Shown here: piece by piece, positions 33,710 through 42,550 of the stretch | Layout: each line of letters opens with the position of its first letter | Position numbering within the stretch: position 1 is the first letter of the stretch | Origin: Elusimicrobia bacterium GWB2_63_22 | GTDB lineage: Bacteria > Elusimicrobiota > Elusimicrobia > Elusimicrobiales > UBA9959 | Length of the DNA: 64,000 nucleotides | Direction of reading: 5' to 3' | Assembly: GCA_001799735.1 (NCBI GenBank) | Contig: MGUA01000020.1 | Location: 7,572-71,571 of the forward strand | Made by a program: the position numbers and the translations under genes | The notes under the pieces: model-generated | Database searches by the model: none | Seen by the model: only the letters and a program-made list of their open reading frames with translations | Told to the model about the DNA's origin: nothing

Positions 33710-34350
33710 ACGAACTGCTCTACAAGAACTCGCCCGCGCACAGCGTGCTTTCGCTGCTGGCCTGGCTCTATATCCAGCTCGTGGGCAAGACCTCCCGCAT
33801 CGTTATAAAAGGCAGGCCCGCCGCCGCCGGCCCCGCGGTCTACGCCCTCTGGCACCGCCAGGAAGTGCTGCTGATCTACCTGCACCGCAACAGCGGCATC
33901 TGCGGCCTGGTCAGCAAGAGCAAGGACGGCGAATACATGGCCCGCATCCTCAAGCGCTTCGGCTTCACCTTCGTGCGCGGCTCCACCTCCTCCGGCGGCA
34001 TCATGGCCCTGCGCGGCCTCATCAAGGCGGCGCGGGACGGCTACTCCATAGCCATCACCCCCGACGGACCCAAGGGCCCCATCTTCAAGGTGCAGCCCGG
34101 CCTGGTACTGATAGCCCAGAAGGCCGGCATACCCATCATCCCGGCCGCCTGCGCCCTCTCCAGCAAAAAGATCCTGCGCAGCTGGGACCGATACCAGTTC
34201 CCGCTGCCCTTCGGCCGCATCGAGGCCGTCTACGGCGCGCCTATCCAGGTCGCCGAGACCGACGACGTGCAGGCCAAGGCGCTGGAGCTGGAGAACGCTC
34301 TCAACAAACTGACCGAAGAAGCGGAAACCCTGCTGGCCGCAGGCGACTGA
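33706..34350 (+). CDS. DUF374-type lysophospholipid acyltransferase-like protein
   Basis: 214 aa with ...ALWHRQ...[26 protein letters not shown]......G....ITPDGPKGP. This pattern is seen in DUF374 proteins commonly linked to lpx/kdtA genes. ATGA overlap with lpxI. Confidence 0.6.
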   Translation: MNELLYKNSPAHSVLSLLAWLYIQLVGKTSRIVIKGRPAAAGPAVYALWHRQEVLLIYLHRNSGICGLVSKSKDGEYMARILKRFGFTFVRGSTSSGGIMALRGLIKAARDGYSIAITPDGPKGPIFKVQPGLVLIAQKAGIPIIPAACALSSKKILRSWDRYQFPLPFGRIEAVYGAPIQVAETDDVQAKALELENALNKLTEEAETLLAAGD

Positions 34351-34360
34351 AGGTAAAACC

Positions 34361-36262
34361 ATGCCGACCGATAACAAGAACCTGCTCACCGACCAGGACC
34401 TCTACCTGTTCAACGAAGGCAACCACCTGCGCCTCTACGAGCGCCTGGGCGCGCACCCTTTCACCCTCGACGGTACCGAGGGCACCAATTTCGCCGTCTG
34501 GGCGCCCAACGCCAGGGAAGTATTCGTGATGGGCGACTTCAACGGCTGGAATAAAACTTCCCACCCGCTGCGCCAGCACGCCTCCTCCGGCATCTGGGAG
34601 GGCTTCGTCCCCGGCGTGAAGGAAGGCGCCAACTACAAATATTACATCGCCTCCCGCTACAAGGACTTCAAGGCCGAGAAGGCCGACCCTTTCGCTTTCG
34701 CCTCCGAAACCCCGCCCAAGACCGCCTCGGTGGTGCGCGGGCTGGATTATGCCTGGCACGACGGGGACTGGATGAAGGGTCGGGCCGCGAAGAACGGGCT
34801 TAAGAGCCCCGTCTCCATCTACGAGGTGCACCTGGGCTCCTGGATGCGCGTGCCCGAGGACGGCGACCGCTGGCTCACCTACCGCGAGCTCGCCGAGAAG
34901 CTGACCGCCTACGTGAGAGACACCGGCTTCACCCACGTGGAGTTCATGCCGGTGACCGAGCACCCGTTCTACGGCTCCTGGGGCTACCAGACCATCGGCT
35001 ATTTCTCGCCTACCAGCCGCTACGGCTCGCCGCAGGACCTGATGTTCCTTATAGACAGCCTGCACCAGGCCGGCATCGGCGTGATCCTGGACTGGGTGCC
35101 GGCGCATTTCCCGGCGGACCCGCACGGCCTCGGCTTCTTCGACGGCACGCACCTCTACGAGCACGCCGACCCGCGCCAGGGCTTTCACCCGGACTGGAAG
35201 AGTTCCATCTTCAATTTCGGCCGCAACGAGGTAAAGAGCTTCCTGCTCTCCTCGGCGATGTTCTGGCTGGACAAGTACCATGTCGACGGCCTGCGTGTGG
35301 ACGCCGTGGCCTCCATGCTCTACCTCGACTATTCCCGCAAGGCCGGCGAATGGGTGCCCAACAAGCACGGCGGCAACGAGAACCTGGAGGCCATCGCCTT
35401 CCTGAAACAGTTCAACCAGGTGGTCTACCAGAATTTCCCGGACACGCAGACCTACGCCGAGGAGTCCACCGCCTGGCCCATGGTCTCTCGCCCGACGTAC
35501 CTGGGCGGCCTCGGCTTCGGCCTCAAGTGGGATATGGGCTGGATGCACGACACGCTGCAGTATTTCTCCAAGGACCCGGTGTACCGCAAGTACCACCACA
35601 ACAGCCTCACCTTCCGGATGCTCTACGCCTGGGGCGAGAACTTTACCCTGCCGCTCTCGCACGACGAGACGGTGCACGGCAAGGGCTCCATGCTGGCCAA
35701 GATGGCCGGCGACGACTGGCAGAAGTTCGCCAACCTGCGCCTGCTCTACGGCGCCATGTACGCCCAGCCCGGCCAGAAGCTGATGTTCATGGGCAACGAG
35801 TTCGCCCAGTGGGGCGAATGGAAGCACGACCAGAGCCTCGACTGGCACCAGGCCGAGCACGGCCCCCACCGCGGCATGCGGCTGTGGGTAAAGGACCTCA
35901 ACGCCCTGTACCGGGCCGAGCCCGCCCTGCACGAGCTCAACTGCAGCCCGGCCGGTTTTGAATGGATAGACGCCAACGATTCCCAGCAGAGCGTGACAGC
36001 TTTCCTGCGCAAGGACTCCTCGGGCGGGATGGTGCTGGCCGTCTGCAATTTCACCCCGCTGGCAAGGGTGGACTACCGGGTAGGCGTGCCGCAGGACGGC
36101 TTCTGGCGGGAGCGCTTGAACAGCGACGCCCCGGATTACTGCGGCAGCGGCATGGGCAACTTCGGCGGCGTGCAGGCGGAACAGCTGCAGGCGCACGGCC
36201 GCCCCTTCTCGCTCAAGATCACGCTGCCGCCGCTCTCCATACTCTTCTTCAGCCCGGAATAG
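34361..36262 (+). CDS. glgB: 1,4-alpha-glucan branching enzyme
   Basis: 633 aa with [45 protein letters not shown] and NE.L.LSHDE. This is the full GH13 GlgB motif series. Confidence 0.92.
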   Translation: MPTDNKNLLTDQDLYLFNEGNHLRLYERLGAHPFTLDGTEGTNFAVWAPNAREVFVMGDFNGWNKTSHPLRQHASSGIWEGFVPGVKEGANYKYYIASRYKDFKAEKADPFAFASETPPKTASVVRGLDYAWHDGDWMKGRAAKNGLKSPVSIYEVHLGSWMRVPEDGDRWLTYRELAEKLTAYVRDTGFTHVEFMPVTEHPFYGSWGYQTIGYFSPTSRYGSPQDLMFLIDSLHQAGIGVILDWVPAHFPADPHGLGFFDGTHLYEHADPRQGFHPDWKSSIFNFGRNEVKSFLLSSAMFWLDKYHVDGLRVDAVASMLYLDYSRKAGEWVPNKHGGNENLEAIAFLKQFNQVVYQNFPDTQTYAEESTAWPMVSRPTYLGGLGFGLKWDMGWMHDTLQYFSKDPVYRKYHHNSLTFRMLYAWGENFTLPLSHDETVHGKGSMLAKMAGDDWQKFANLRLLYGAMYAQPGQKLMFMGNEFAQWGEWKHDQSLDWHQAEHGPHRGMRLWVKDLNALYRAEPALHELNCSPAGFEWIDANDSQQSVTAFLRKDSSGGMVLAVCNFTPLARVDYRVGVPQDGFWRERLNSDAPDYCGSGMGNFGGVQAEQLQAHGRPFSLKITLPPLSILFFSPE

Positions 36263-36281
36263 CCGCGCCAGGGATGGAACT

Positions 36282-36671
36282 ATGGCAAAGAAAATACTCA
36301 TCGTAGACGACGAGCCGGATATGTCCGAAACGCTGCGGCGCATTTTCGAGCCGCGGGGCTTCCAGGTGAAGGTCTGCGACAACGGCCTTGAAGTGGTGGA
36401 CGCCCTGGTGGAGTTCAAGCCGGACCTCCTGATAATGGACGTGATGCTGCCGGGCGTGGACGGCTACACGCTGGTCTCGAGCATCACGGGCAGCGTGGAC
36501 AGGGAGCTTAACACCCTGCCCATAATAATAATCTCGGCCCTCGACACCTCCAGGTGCATGTTCGAAAGTTTCCGGCAGGTAAAGGCCTTCTTCAGCAAGC
36601 CCTTCGAACCGCAGGATTTCCTTGAAGCCGTCAACACCGCCATAGACACCAGGGAATTCAACGCCTCCTGA
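36282..36671 (+). CDS. Stand-alone response-regulator receiver domain protein
   Basis: 129 aa with KILIVDDEPD, the phospho-acceptor context DLLIMDVMLPGVDG, and a conserved ...KPF near the C-terminus. Confidence 0.8.
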   Translation: MAKKILIVDDEPDMSETLRRIFEPRGFQVKVCDNGLEVVDALVEFKPDLLIMDVMLPGVDGYTLVSSITGSVDRELNTLPIIIISALDTSRCMFESFRQVKAFFSKPFEPQDFLEAVNTAIDTREFNAS

Positions 36672-36824
36672 CATCTTCAGGAGAGAATAGCCCCGCCCAC
36701 AAGCTCCAAAAGCCCAGGTTGCTGTCCTTTCGCCCGCAAAAGCTGACCCAGCGGCTTGCACGCAAGATGGCACACAAATTGCTCCGCCTTATTCAGATGT
36801 TAACTCAAGCCAAAGGCGGAGAGC

Positions 36825-37484
36825 ATGAAAAAAATAATATTAGCTTTGCTAGCGGCGGCAGGAACGGTTTCCCTGGCCGGCGCTGGAGAATTCAACATTG
36901 GCTTTGACGGCCAGAAAGGGGCCGGCGGCTTAAGCGCGGCCGCTATCAGCCAGCTGGTGGAGGACCTGAAGGGTCCGCCTCCGCCCCCCGTAAACTATTC
37001 CTGCTGCGGCGTGCCGATGCGGCTCTGGGACGCCTGCCTGGCGGTCTGCCCCGGGGATCTTTCAGAGTACAGCGCCGAAAGTTTCCGCCAGCTCAGTTTT
37101 TACGCGGCCGCACAGGGGGAAATGAAGAAAAAGGCGGCCGCCCATTTTACCGCCAAAGGCCGCAAAAGCCTGGCCGCGGCCTTCGCCTCGGCGAAGACGG
37201 TGGTTTCATACGAGAAAAAAACCGTTTCCCTCGTCTTTACTGACAAGCTTTACGCTTTCAAGGACGAGGCGCTGGCCGAGGCCCTGGGGACGATAGGCGG
37301 CCCGTACGGCGGCAGGGGCGTATTTAACCTGATCGTGCCGTCAAGGACCAGCGACCCCTGCCAGATCGGCCCGGAGGAGTGTGAAGTCCCCCCCGAAAAC
37401 CAGCCGAGGGCGGCCGCCACCGGCACGCAGGAATGCCTCGGCCCCTACGGCCCCCAGCCCTGCCCGACAGAGCCCCTCCGCTAG
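36825..37484 (+). CDS. Hypothetical exported protein
   Basis: 219 aa. Clear signal peptide (MKKIILALLAAAGTVSLAGA), several Cys. No family recognised. Confidence 0.5.
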   Translation: MKKIILALLAAAGTVSLAGAGEFNIGFDGQKGAGGLSAAAISQLVEDLKGPPPPPVNYSCCGVPMRLWDACLAVCPGDLSEYSAESFRQLSFYAAAQGEMKKKAAAHFTAKGRKSLAAAFASAKTVVSYEKKTVSLVFTDKLYAFKDEALAEALGTIGGPYGGRGVFNLIVPSRTSDPCQIGPEECEVPPENQPRAAATGTQECLGPYGPQPCPTEPLR

Positions 37485-37629
37485 CCCTATGGTCCTCCCG
37501 GCCTGCCCCCGGCAGGCCGATGGGGACCGCCCTCCGCAGCCCGTATACCTCCATTTTTAGTAGAATAATAAGATAACCCCGGGTTTTAAGCCCGGGTTTC
37601 ACCGTCATTTTTAAGTTCCAGAGGACAAC

Positions 37630-38694
37630 ATGGCTGACAAAAAAATGCGTTTCGGAGTGGTGGGCGCCGGCAAACTCGGCGGTTTCCATACCCGCACCCT
37701 TTCCACGATGCCCGAAGTCGAACTGGTGGGCGTCTCCGACCCCAACCTGCTCAGGGCCCAGGTACTGGCCTGGCGCTACAACTGCGTAGCCTACAAAACC
37801 GTGGAGGAACTGCTCGGCCAGGTGGACGCGCTGGTGATAGCCGCCCCCACCGAGTACCACGCCGACCTGGGCATCAAGGCCCTCTCGGCCGGCGTGCACG
37901 TGCTGATGGAGAAGCCGATCACCAATTCCGAGGAAGGCGCCCGCCGGCTGCTGGAGCTCTCTGAAAAGAATAAAGTCGTCCTGCAGGTGGGCCATTCCGA
38001 GCGCTTCAACGCCGCCGTGGTGGAAACCCTCAAGCATGTAAAGAACCCGCGCTACGTCACCATAGAGCGCCTGGGGCCGTACGACCCCCGCGTGGCCGCC
38101 ACCGGCGTCACCCTGGACCTGATGATCCACGACCTGGACATCATCCTGCTGATGATCGACTCCGAGATAGAAAAGTTCGAGGCCATCGGCGCCAGCATGC
38201 TCTCGGCCCACGAGGACATCTGCAACGTCCGCATAAAATTCAAGAACGGCTGCGTGGCCGACATCACCGCCAGCCGCGCCACCATGGAAGCCGCCCGCCG
38301 CATGCGCATCTACCAGCAGGACGCCTACATCTCGGTGGACTATGTCAGCTCCCGCCTGAAGATCTACACCAAGAAGACCCCGGTGGTGAACTCCCTCAAG
38401 GACATAGAGATCTCCTACCCTAAATTCGCCCCGAAGCAGCCTATCAAGGAAGAGCTGATGCACTTCATAGACTGCATCAAGACCTCCAAGACCCCCACGC
38501 CCAGCGGCGAGAAGGGCCTGAAGGCGCTGCGCCTGGCGCTGGACATCACCAACCAGATGCGCCGCTTCGAGGTTTCCGGCTCCAAGACCGACGAGGCCCC
38601 CGAATCCCTGGCCGGCGCGCTGGCCGACATGGGCAACGCCGCCAAGGTGCTGGTAGAGGAAGGCCTCAAGAACGCCGGCATAGACAAACAGTAA
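37630..38694 (+). CDS. Gfo/Idh/MocA-family NAD(P)-dependent oxidoreductase
   Basis: 354 aa with MRFGVVGAGKLGGFH, EKP (EKPI) and the GH.ERFN pattern. It sits immediately upstream of lpxB, the position occupied by GnnA-type UDP-GlcNAc 3-dehydrogenases in some lipid A clusters; that function is not demonstrated here. Confidence 0.85.
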   Translation: MADKKMRFGVVGAGKLGGFHTRTLSTMPEVELVGVSDPNLLRAQVLAWRYNCVAYKTVEELLGQVDALVIAAPTEYHADLGIKALSAGVHVLMEKPITNSEEGARRLLELSEKNKVVLQVGHSERFNAAVVETLKHVKNPRYVTIERLGPYDPRVAATGVTLDLMIHDLDIILLMIDSEIEKFEAIGASMLSAHEDICNVRIKFKNGCVADITASRATMEAARRMRIYQQDAYISVDYVSSRLKIYTKKTPVVNSLKDIEISYPKFAPKQPIKEELMHFIDCIKTSKTPTPSGEKGLKALRLALDITNQMRRFEVSGSKTDEAPESLAGALADMGNAAKVLVEEGLKNAGIDKQ

Positions 38695-38698
38695 ACCC

Positions 38699-39847
38699 AT
38701 GGCAAAGATCGCACCCTCCAACAAGAACATACTGGTGGTGGCCGGGGACCCTTCCGGCGACCTGCACGCCGCGAACCTGATAAAGGCCCTGCGCGCCAAG
38801 GACCCCGAGATCACCGTCACCGCCATGGGCGGCGTGCGGATGCAGGAAGTCTGCAACCGCTTCCTCTACAACCTGGTCTCCGTGGGAGCGGTCGGCTTCG
38901 CCGAGCCCTTCAAGCATTTCTTCCTCTGGTTCAAGCTGATCAAGCTGGTGCGCCGCTATATGGAGGAGAAGCGCCCGTCATGCGTGATCGCCGTGGACTT
39001 CTACGGCTTCAACCACCAGGTGCTGGGCCTGGCCGCGCACCGCAAAATCCCGGCCTTCTACTACATCAGCCCGCAGGTCTGGGCCTCGCGCCCGGGCCGC
39101 GCCGCCAAGCTGGCCAAGCTGACGAAAGAGCTCTTCGTTATCTTCCCTTTCGAGGCCGACCTCTACAAGAAGGTGAAGGGCAACGCCACTTTCGTCGGGC
39201 ATCCGCTGTTGGACCTGATGCCCGAGCCTGCCGCCAAGGATTTTCCCCCGGCCAACGGGGAGTGGCGGATCGGCATCCTGCCCGGCTCGCGCAAGACCGA
39301 GATCTCGCGCCACCTGCCGCTGTTCATCAAGGCTTTCTACCGCATCAAGGAGCAGCATCCCAAGGCCCGCGCCTACCTGTTCGCCGTGCCGGAATTCCCG
39401 GACGAGCTGCTGGTGACGCAGCTGGAGGCGGTGGAAAAATACTGGTCCAAGGACATAGAGATCGTGCGCGAGAAGGACTACAAGGAACGCGCCAACCTGG
39501 ACTTCGCCTTTACCTGCTCCGGCACCGCCACGCTGGAGAACGGCCTGCTGGGCGTGCCCATGGCCGTGGCCTACAAGATGCAGCGGCTCACCTACGCGGT
39601 GGCCAAGCGCATCGCCAAGGTGCAGTACATCTCGCTCGTCAACATCCTGCTCAAGAAGCCCGCGGTCAAGGAGCTCATCCAGGAAGCCGCCACGGTGGAC
39701 GGCCTGGCGCAGGAAGCTTTCTCCTACATCAACAACCCGCCGCGCATGCAGGCCGCCCGCAAGGAACTCATCGGCCTGCGGACCATGCTGGGCTCGCGCG
39801 GCGCCGCCGAGCGGGCCGCCGCCCGGATAGTCTCCTACCTGAGCTGA
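38699..39847 (+). CDS. lpxB: Lipid-A-disaccharide synthase
   Basis: 382 aa with ILVVAGDPSGDLHAANLIKAL, DFYGFN, YYISPQVWA.R, LPGSR..EI, and SGTATLE..L...PMAV.YK. Confidence 0.9.
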   Translation: MAKIAPSNKNILVVAGDPSGDLHAANLIKALRAKDPEITVTAMGGVRMQEVCNRFLYNLVSVGAVGFAEPFKHFFLWFKLIKLVRRYMEEKRPSCVIAVDFYGFNHQVLGLAAHRKIPAFYYISPQVWASRPGRAAKLAKLTKELFVIFPFEADLYKKVKGNATFVGHPLLDLMPEPAAKDFPPANGEWRIGILPGSRKTEISRHLPLFIKAFYRIKEQHPKARAYLFAVPEFPDELLVTQLEAVEKYWSKDIEIVREKDYKERANLDFAFTCSGTATLENGLLGVPMAVAYKMQRLTYAVAKRIAKVQYISLVNILLKKPAVKELIQEAATVDGLAQEAFSYINNPPRMQAARKELIGLRTMLGSRGAAERAAARIVSYLS

Positions 39848-39848
39848 C

Positions 39849-41606
39849 ATGCAAGAATTAGCCCCGCAAGCCCAGAAAGAACGCTTCAAGGTACTGCTGA
39901 AGTCCCTGTTCGGCTACGTAAAGCCGCACAAGGGCAAAATGCTGCAGGCCGCGGCTTCCATGCTGCTGCTGGCGGCTATCCGCGGCGGCATCGTCTATGT
40001 CATGGGCCCGGTCATCCAGGGCGTCTTTGTGGACAAGCGGATGGACATCCTGAGCATGGTGGTCATCGGCCTGCCGTTCCTGTTCGTCCTCAAGATGGTT
40101 GCCGAGTACACCAACACCTACACCATGAGCTGGGTGGGCCAGCGGGCCGTGCAGAAGATCCGCGAGGACCTCTTCACCCACATCCACCGCCTGTCGATAG
40201 AGTTCTACTGGCGCCGCCGCTCGTCCGACGTGATGAGCCGCGTGATCAACGACCTGACCAACGTGCAGAGCACGGTGCAGTTCATCCCGCTCTACGGCAT
40301 CCGCGACGTGCTGACGGTGGTCTCCTGCATCGGCGTGCTGTTCTACATAGACTGGCAGTTCGCGCTGATCTCGCTGGTCATCCTGCCGGTCACCGGGCTG
40401 CTGCTGGGGATCTTCGGCAAGAAAATGCGCCGGGCGAGCTCCGAGAGCAACGTGATCGTGAGCGAGATCTCGCACAAGTTCCAGGAGAGCCTGCAGGGCA
40501 TCACGGTGGTGAAGGCCTTCAATTACGAGGACCAGGCCATCGCCAAATTCAAGGTCTCCAACGACGCCTACTTCGGCAAGATGATGCGCTACCTGCGCGC
40601 CGCCACCATCAGCGGCCCCGTCATGGAGCTGCTGGGCGGCCTGGTGCTCATCGGCATCATCTACATGGGCGGCAAGGCCATCTTCGCCGGCACCATGAGC
40701 ACGGCCACGTTCTTCTCTTTCTCGGGCGGCTTCCTGACGGCCTACATGCCGCTCAAGAACATCTCCAACCTGAACTCCAAGCTGCAGCAGGGGCTGGCGG
40801 CCTGGGAGCGCATCTACCAGATCCTGGAGGAGAAGCCCGCCGTGGTGGTGAAGCACGAGACCAAGAACATAGACCACCTGGACGGGAAGATAGAGTTCCA
40901 GGGAGTGAATTACAAGTACCCGTCGCGCGACACGCAGGTGCTTAAGGACCTCTCTTTCACCATTAAGCCCGGCGAGGTCGCAGCCTTCGTGGGGCCGTCC
41001 GGTTCCGGCAAGACCACCATCATCCACCTGCTGCTGCGCTTCTTCGACCCCATCTCCGGCCGGGTGAATATTGACGACCACGACATGCTGGACCTGGACA
41101 CCACGGACCTGCGCGAGCACATGGGCCTGGTGACGCAGGACACGATCCTTTTCGACGACACGGTGTACAAGAACATCACCATCGGCCGCCCCGGCGCGAC
41201 GATGGCGGAGGTGGAGGAGGCCGCGCGGGCGGCCGACGCGCACGCCTTCATTACGGCGATGCCGCAGGGCTACGAGACCATGCTGGGCGAGCGCGGCGTT
41301 AAGCTTTCCGGCGGCCAGCGCCAGCGCCTGGCCATAGCGCGGGCGATCATCAAGAAGCCCAAGATCCTGCTGCTGGACGAGGCGACCTCCAACCTGGACA
41401 CCGCGAGCGAGCAGTCGGTGCAGGCGGCCATAGAGCGCATCCTGAGCGGCCGCACGGTGGTGATGGTGGCGCACCGGCTCTCCACGGTGAGGAACGCGGA
41501 CAAGATTTTCGTTCTCAAGAAAGGCGAGCTGGCCGAGACAGGCACGCACGAAGAACTCCTGGCCCTCAATGGCGTCTACAAGGGCCTTTACGAGGCACAG
41601 AGCTAG
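39849..41606 (+). CDS. msbA: ABC transporter, fused permease/ATPase; lipid A exporter MsbA-like
   Basis: 585 aa. Six-helix TMD followed by NBD with Walker A GPSGSGKTT, signature LSGGQRQR, and Walker B ILLLDEATS. Context directly after lpxB. Confidence 0.85.
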   Translation: MQELAPQAQKERFKVLLKSLFGYVKPHKGKMLQAAASMLLLAAIRGGIVYVMGPVIQGVFVDKRMDILSMVVIGLPFLFVLKMVAEYTNTYTMSWVGQRAVQKIREDLFTHIHRLSIEFYWRRRSSDVMSRVINDLTNVQSTVQFIPLYGIRDVLTVVSCIGVLFYIDWQFALISLVILPVTGLLLGIFGKKMRRASSESNVIVSEISHKFQESLQGITVVKAFNYEDQAIAKFKVSNDAYFGKMMRYLRAATISGPVMELLGGLVLIGIIYMGGKAIFAGTMSTATFFSFSGGFLTAYMPLKNISNLNSKLQQGLAAWERIYQILEEKPAVVVKHETKNIDHLDGKIEFQGVNYKYPSRDTQVLKDLSFTIKPGEVAAFVGPSGSGKTTIIHLLLRFFDPISGRVNIDDHDMLDLDTTDLREHMGLVTQDTILFDDTVYKNITIGRPGATMAEVEEAARAADAHAFITAMPQGYETMLGERGVKLSGGQRQRLAIARAIIKKPKILLLDEATSNLDTASEQSVQAAIERILSGRTVVMVAHRLSTVRNADKIFVLKKGELAETGTHEELLALNGVYKGLYEAQS

Positions 41607-41612
41607 CAGCCA

Positions 41613-41803
41613 CCGGTGAGGCGCGCCCTGTTCGCTCATAAGCGGGCGCGGCGGAAGAGGGCCTGCGGTCCTCCGCCGGCCTCGAACTCGCTCGGCACAC
41701 AGTGCCTCGCTCAGACAATCTCGGCCGCAGCCCTAATGATAGGCTGTCCGCTGCGGACCTTGGCCCTGCGCCCTAAAATCGCTCACAGGGCGCGCCTCAC
41801 CGG
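41613..41803. repeat. Palindromic structured intergenic element, copy B (between msbA and the ZIP transporter gene)
   Basis: 19-bp terminal inverted repeat: ccggtgaggcgcgccctgt (41613..41631) pairs with acagggcgcgcctcaccgg (41785..41803). Its sequence is unrelated to the arms of copy A, while the enclosed core is ~95% identical to copy A. Confidence 0.75.
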
Positions 41804-41827
41804 AGCCTGTCCTCGTGATTTTAACTT

Positions 41828-42547
41828 ATGGTAATCCTTTTTAGCATTATCGCGGTCATATTCACGCTGCTGGGGGCGGCGGGGGTGCTGCATTTCGGCA
41901 GCTTCAGCAAGACTTTCCTGGCCCGCACGCTGGCTTACGCCGCGGGCGTGCTCATCGCGGCCGCCATCCTGGACATCATCCCCGCCGGCTTCAGCCTTAA
42001 CTCCACGGCGCTTTCCTACGGCGTGCTGACGGCCCTGGCCGCCCTGTTCACGCTGGAGACCTTCGCCGCGCACAGCGCCTGCAGCGAGTTCATGGAAGAC
42101 TGCCACGTGCACCATATGGGCGCCTTCGCGCTGGCGGCGATGACGCTGCATTCGCTGCTCGACGGCTTCAATATAGCCGTGGGCTTCGCGCCGGGCGCGG
42201 TCGCCGGCCTTAACGTCGCGCTCGGAGTGGTGCTGCATAAGTTCGCCGACGGTATCACGCTGGTCTCGCTGCTGCTGCACGCGGGCCGGTCGCGGCGCGA
42301 CGCCCTGATGTACAGCGTGCTGCTGGCCGCGGCCACCCCGGCCGGCGCCTTTATAGCCGCCCCCCTCATTGAGAACATTCCACCCTCGGCCGAAGCCTTC
42401 GCCCTGGGCCTCAGCGGCGGCTCATTCCTCTATATCGCCATGGCGGACATCCTGCCGCGCCTGCATAAGGCCTACGACCGGCTGACCCCGGCCATCTTCC
42501 CGCTCGGTTTCGCCACGGTGCTGCTGATCCGCTATTTCGGAGAATAA
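41828..42547 (+). CDS. ZIP-family divalent metal (Zn/Fe) transporter, ZupT-like
   Basis: 239 aa polytopic protein with ...HS.LDGF.IA.GF... and ...HKF.DG..L... motifs characteristic of ZIP/ZupT permeases. Confidence 0.8.
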   Translation: MVILFSIIAVIFTLLGAAGVLHFGSFSKTFLARTLAYAAGVLIAAAILDIIPAGFSLNSTALSYGVLTALAALFTLETFAAHSACSEFMEDCHVHHMGAFALAAMTLHSLLDGFNIAVGFAPGAVAGLNVALGVVLHKFADGITLVSLLLHAGRSRRDALMYSVLLAAATPAGAFIAAPLIENIPPSAEAFALGLSGGSFLYIAMADILPRLHKAYDRLTPAIFPLGFATVLLIRYFGE

Positions 42548-42550
42548 TAA

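Noticed and set aside
34301-36418. 705-aa minus-strand ORF
   Set aside because: Antisense shadow of glgB, which carries the full GH13 motif series. The shadow translation is Gly/Val/Ala/Arg-rich with no recognisable motifs.
37485-37629. Hairpins cggcctgcc-ccc-ggcaggccg and cccggg-ttttaag-cccggg after the exported hypothetical gene, considered as terminators
   Set aside because: The first lacks a U-tract. The second has only a 6-bp stem with a short TTT. Too weak to call. Partial resemblance of ggtcctcccggcc to the repeat-element core is probably chance in GC-rich DNA.
37324-38856. 510-aa minus-strand ORF
   Set aside because: Antisense to the Gfo/Idh/MocA oxidoreductase gene and to the lpxB start. 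No motifs. Shadow-frame composition.
39858-41639. 593-aa minus-strand ORF
   Set aside because: Antisense shadow of the msbA-like ABC transporter gene (Walker A/B and signature motif on the plus strand).
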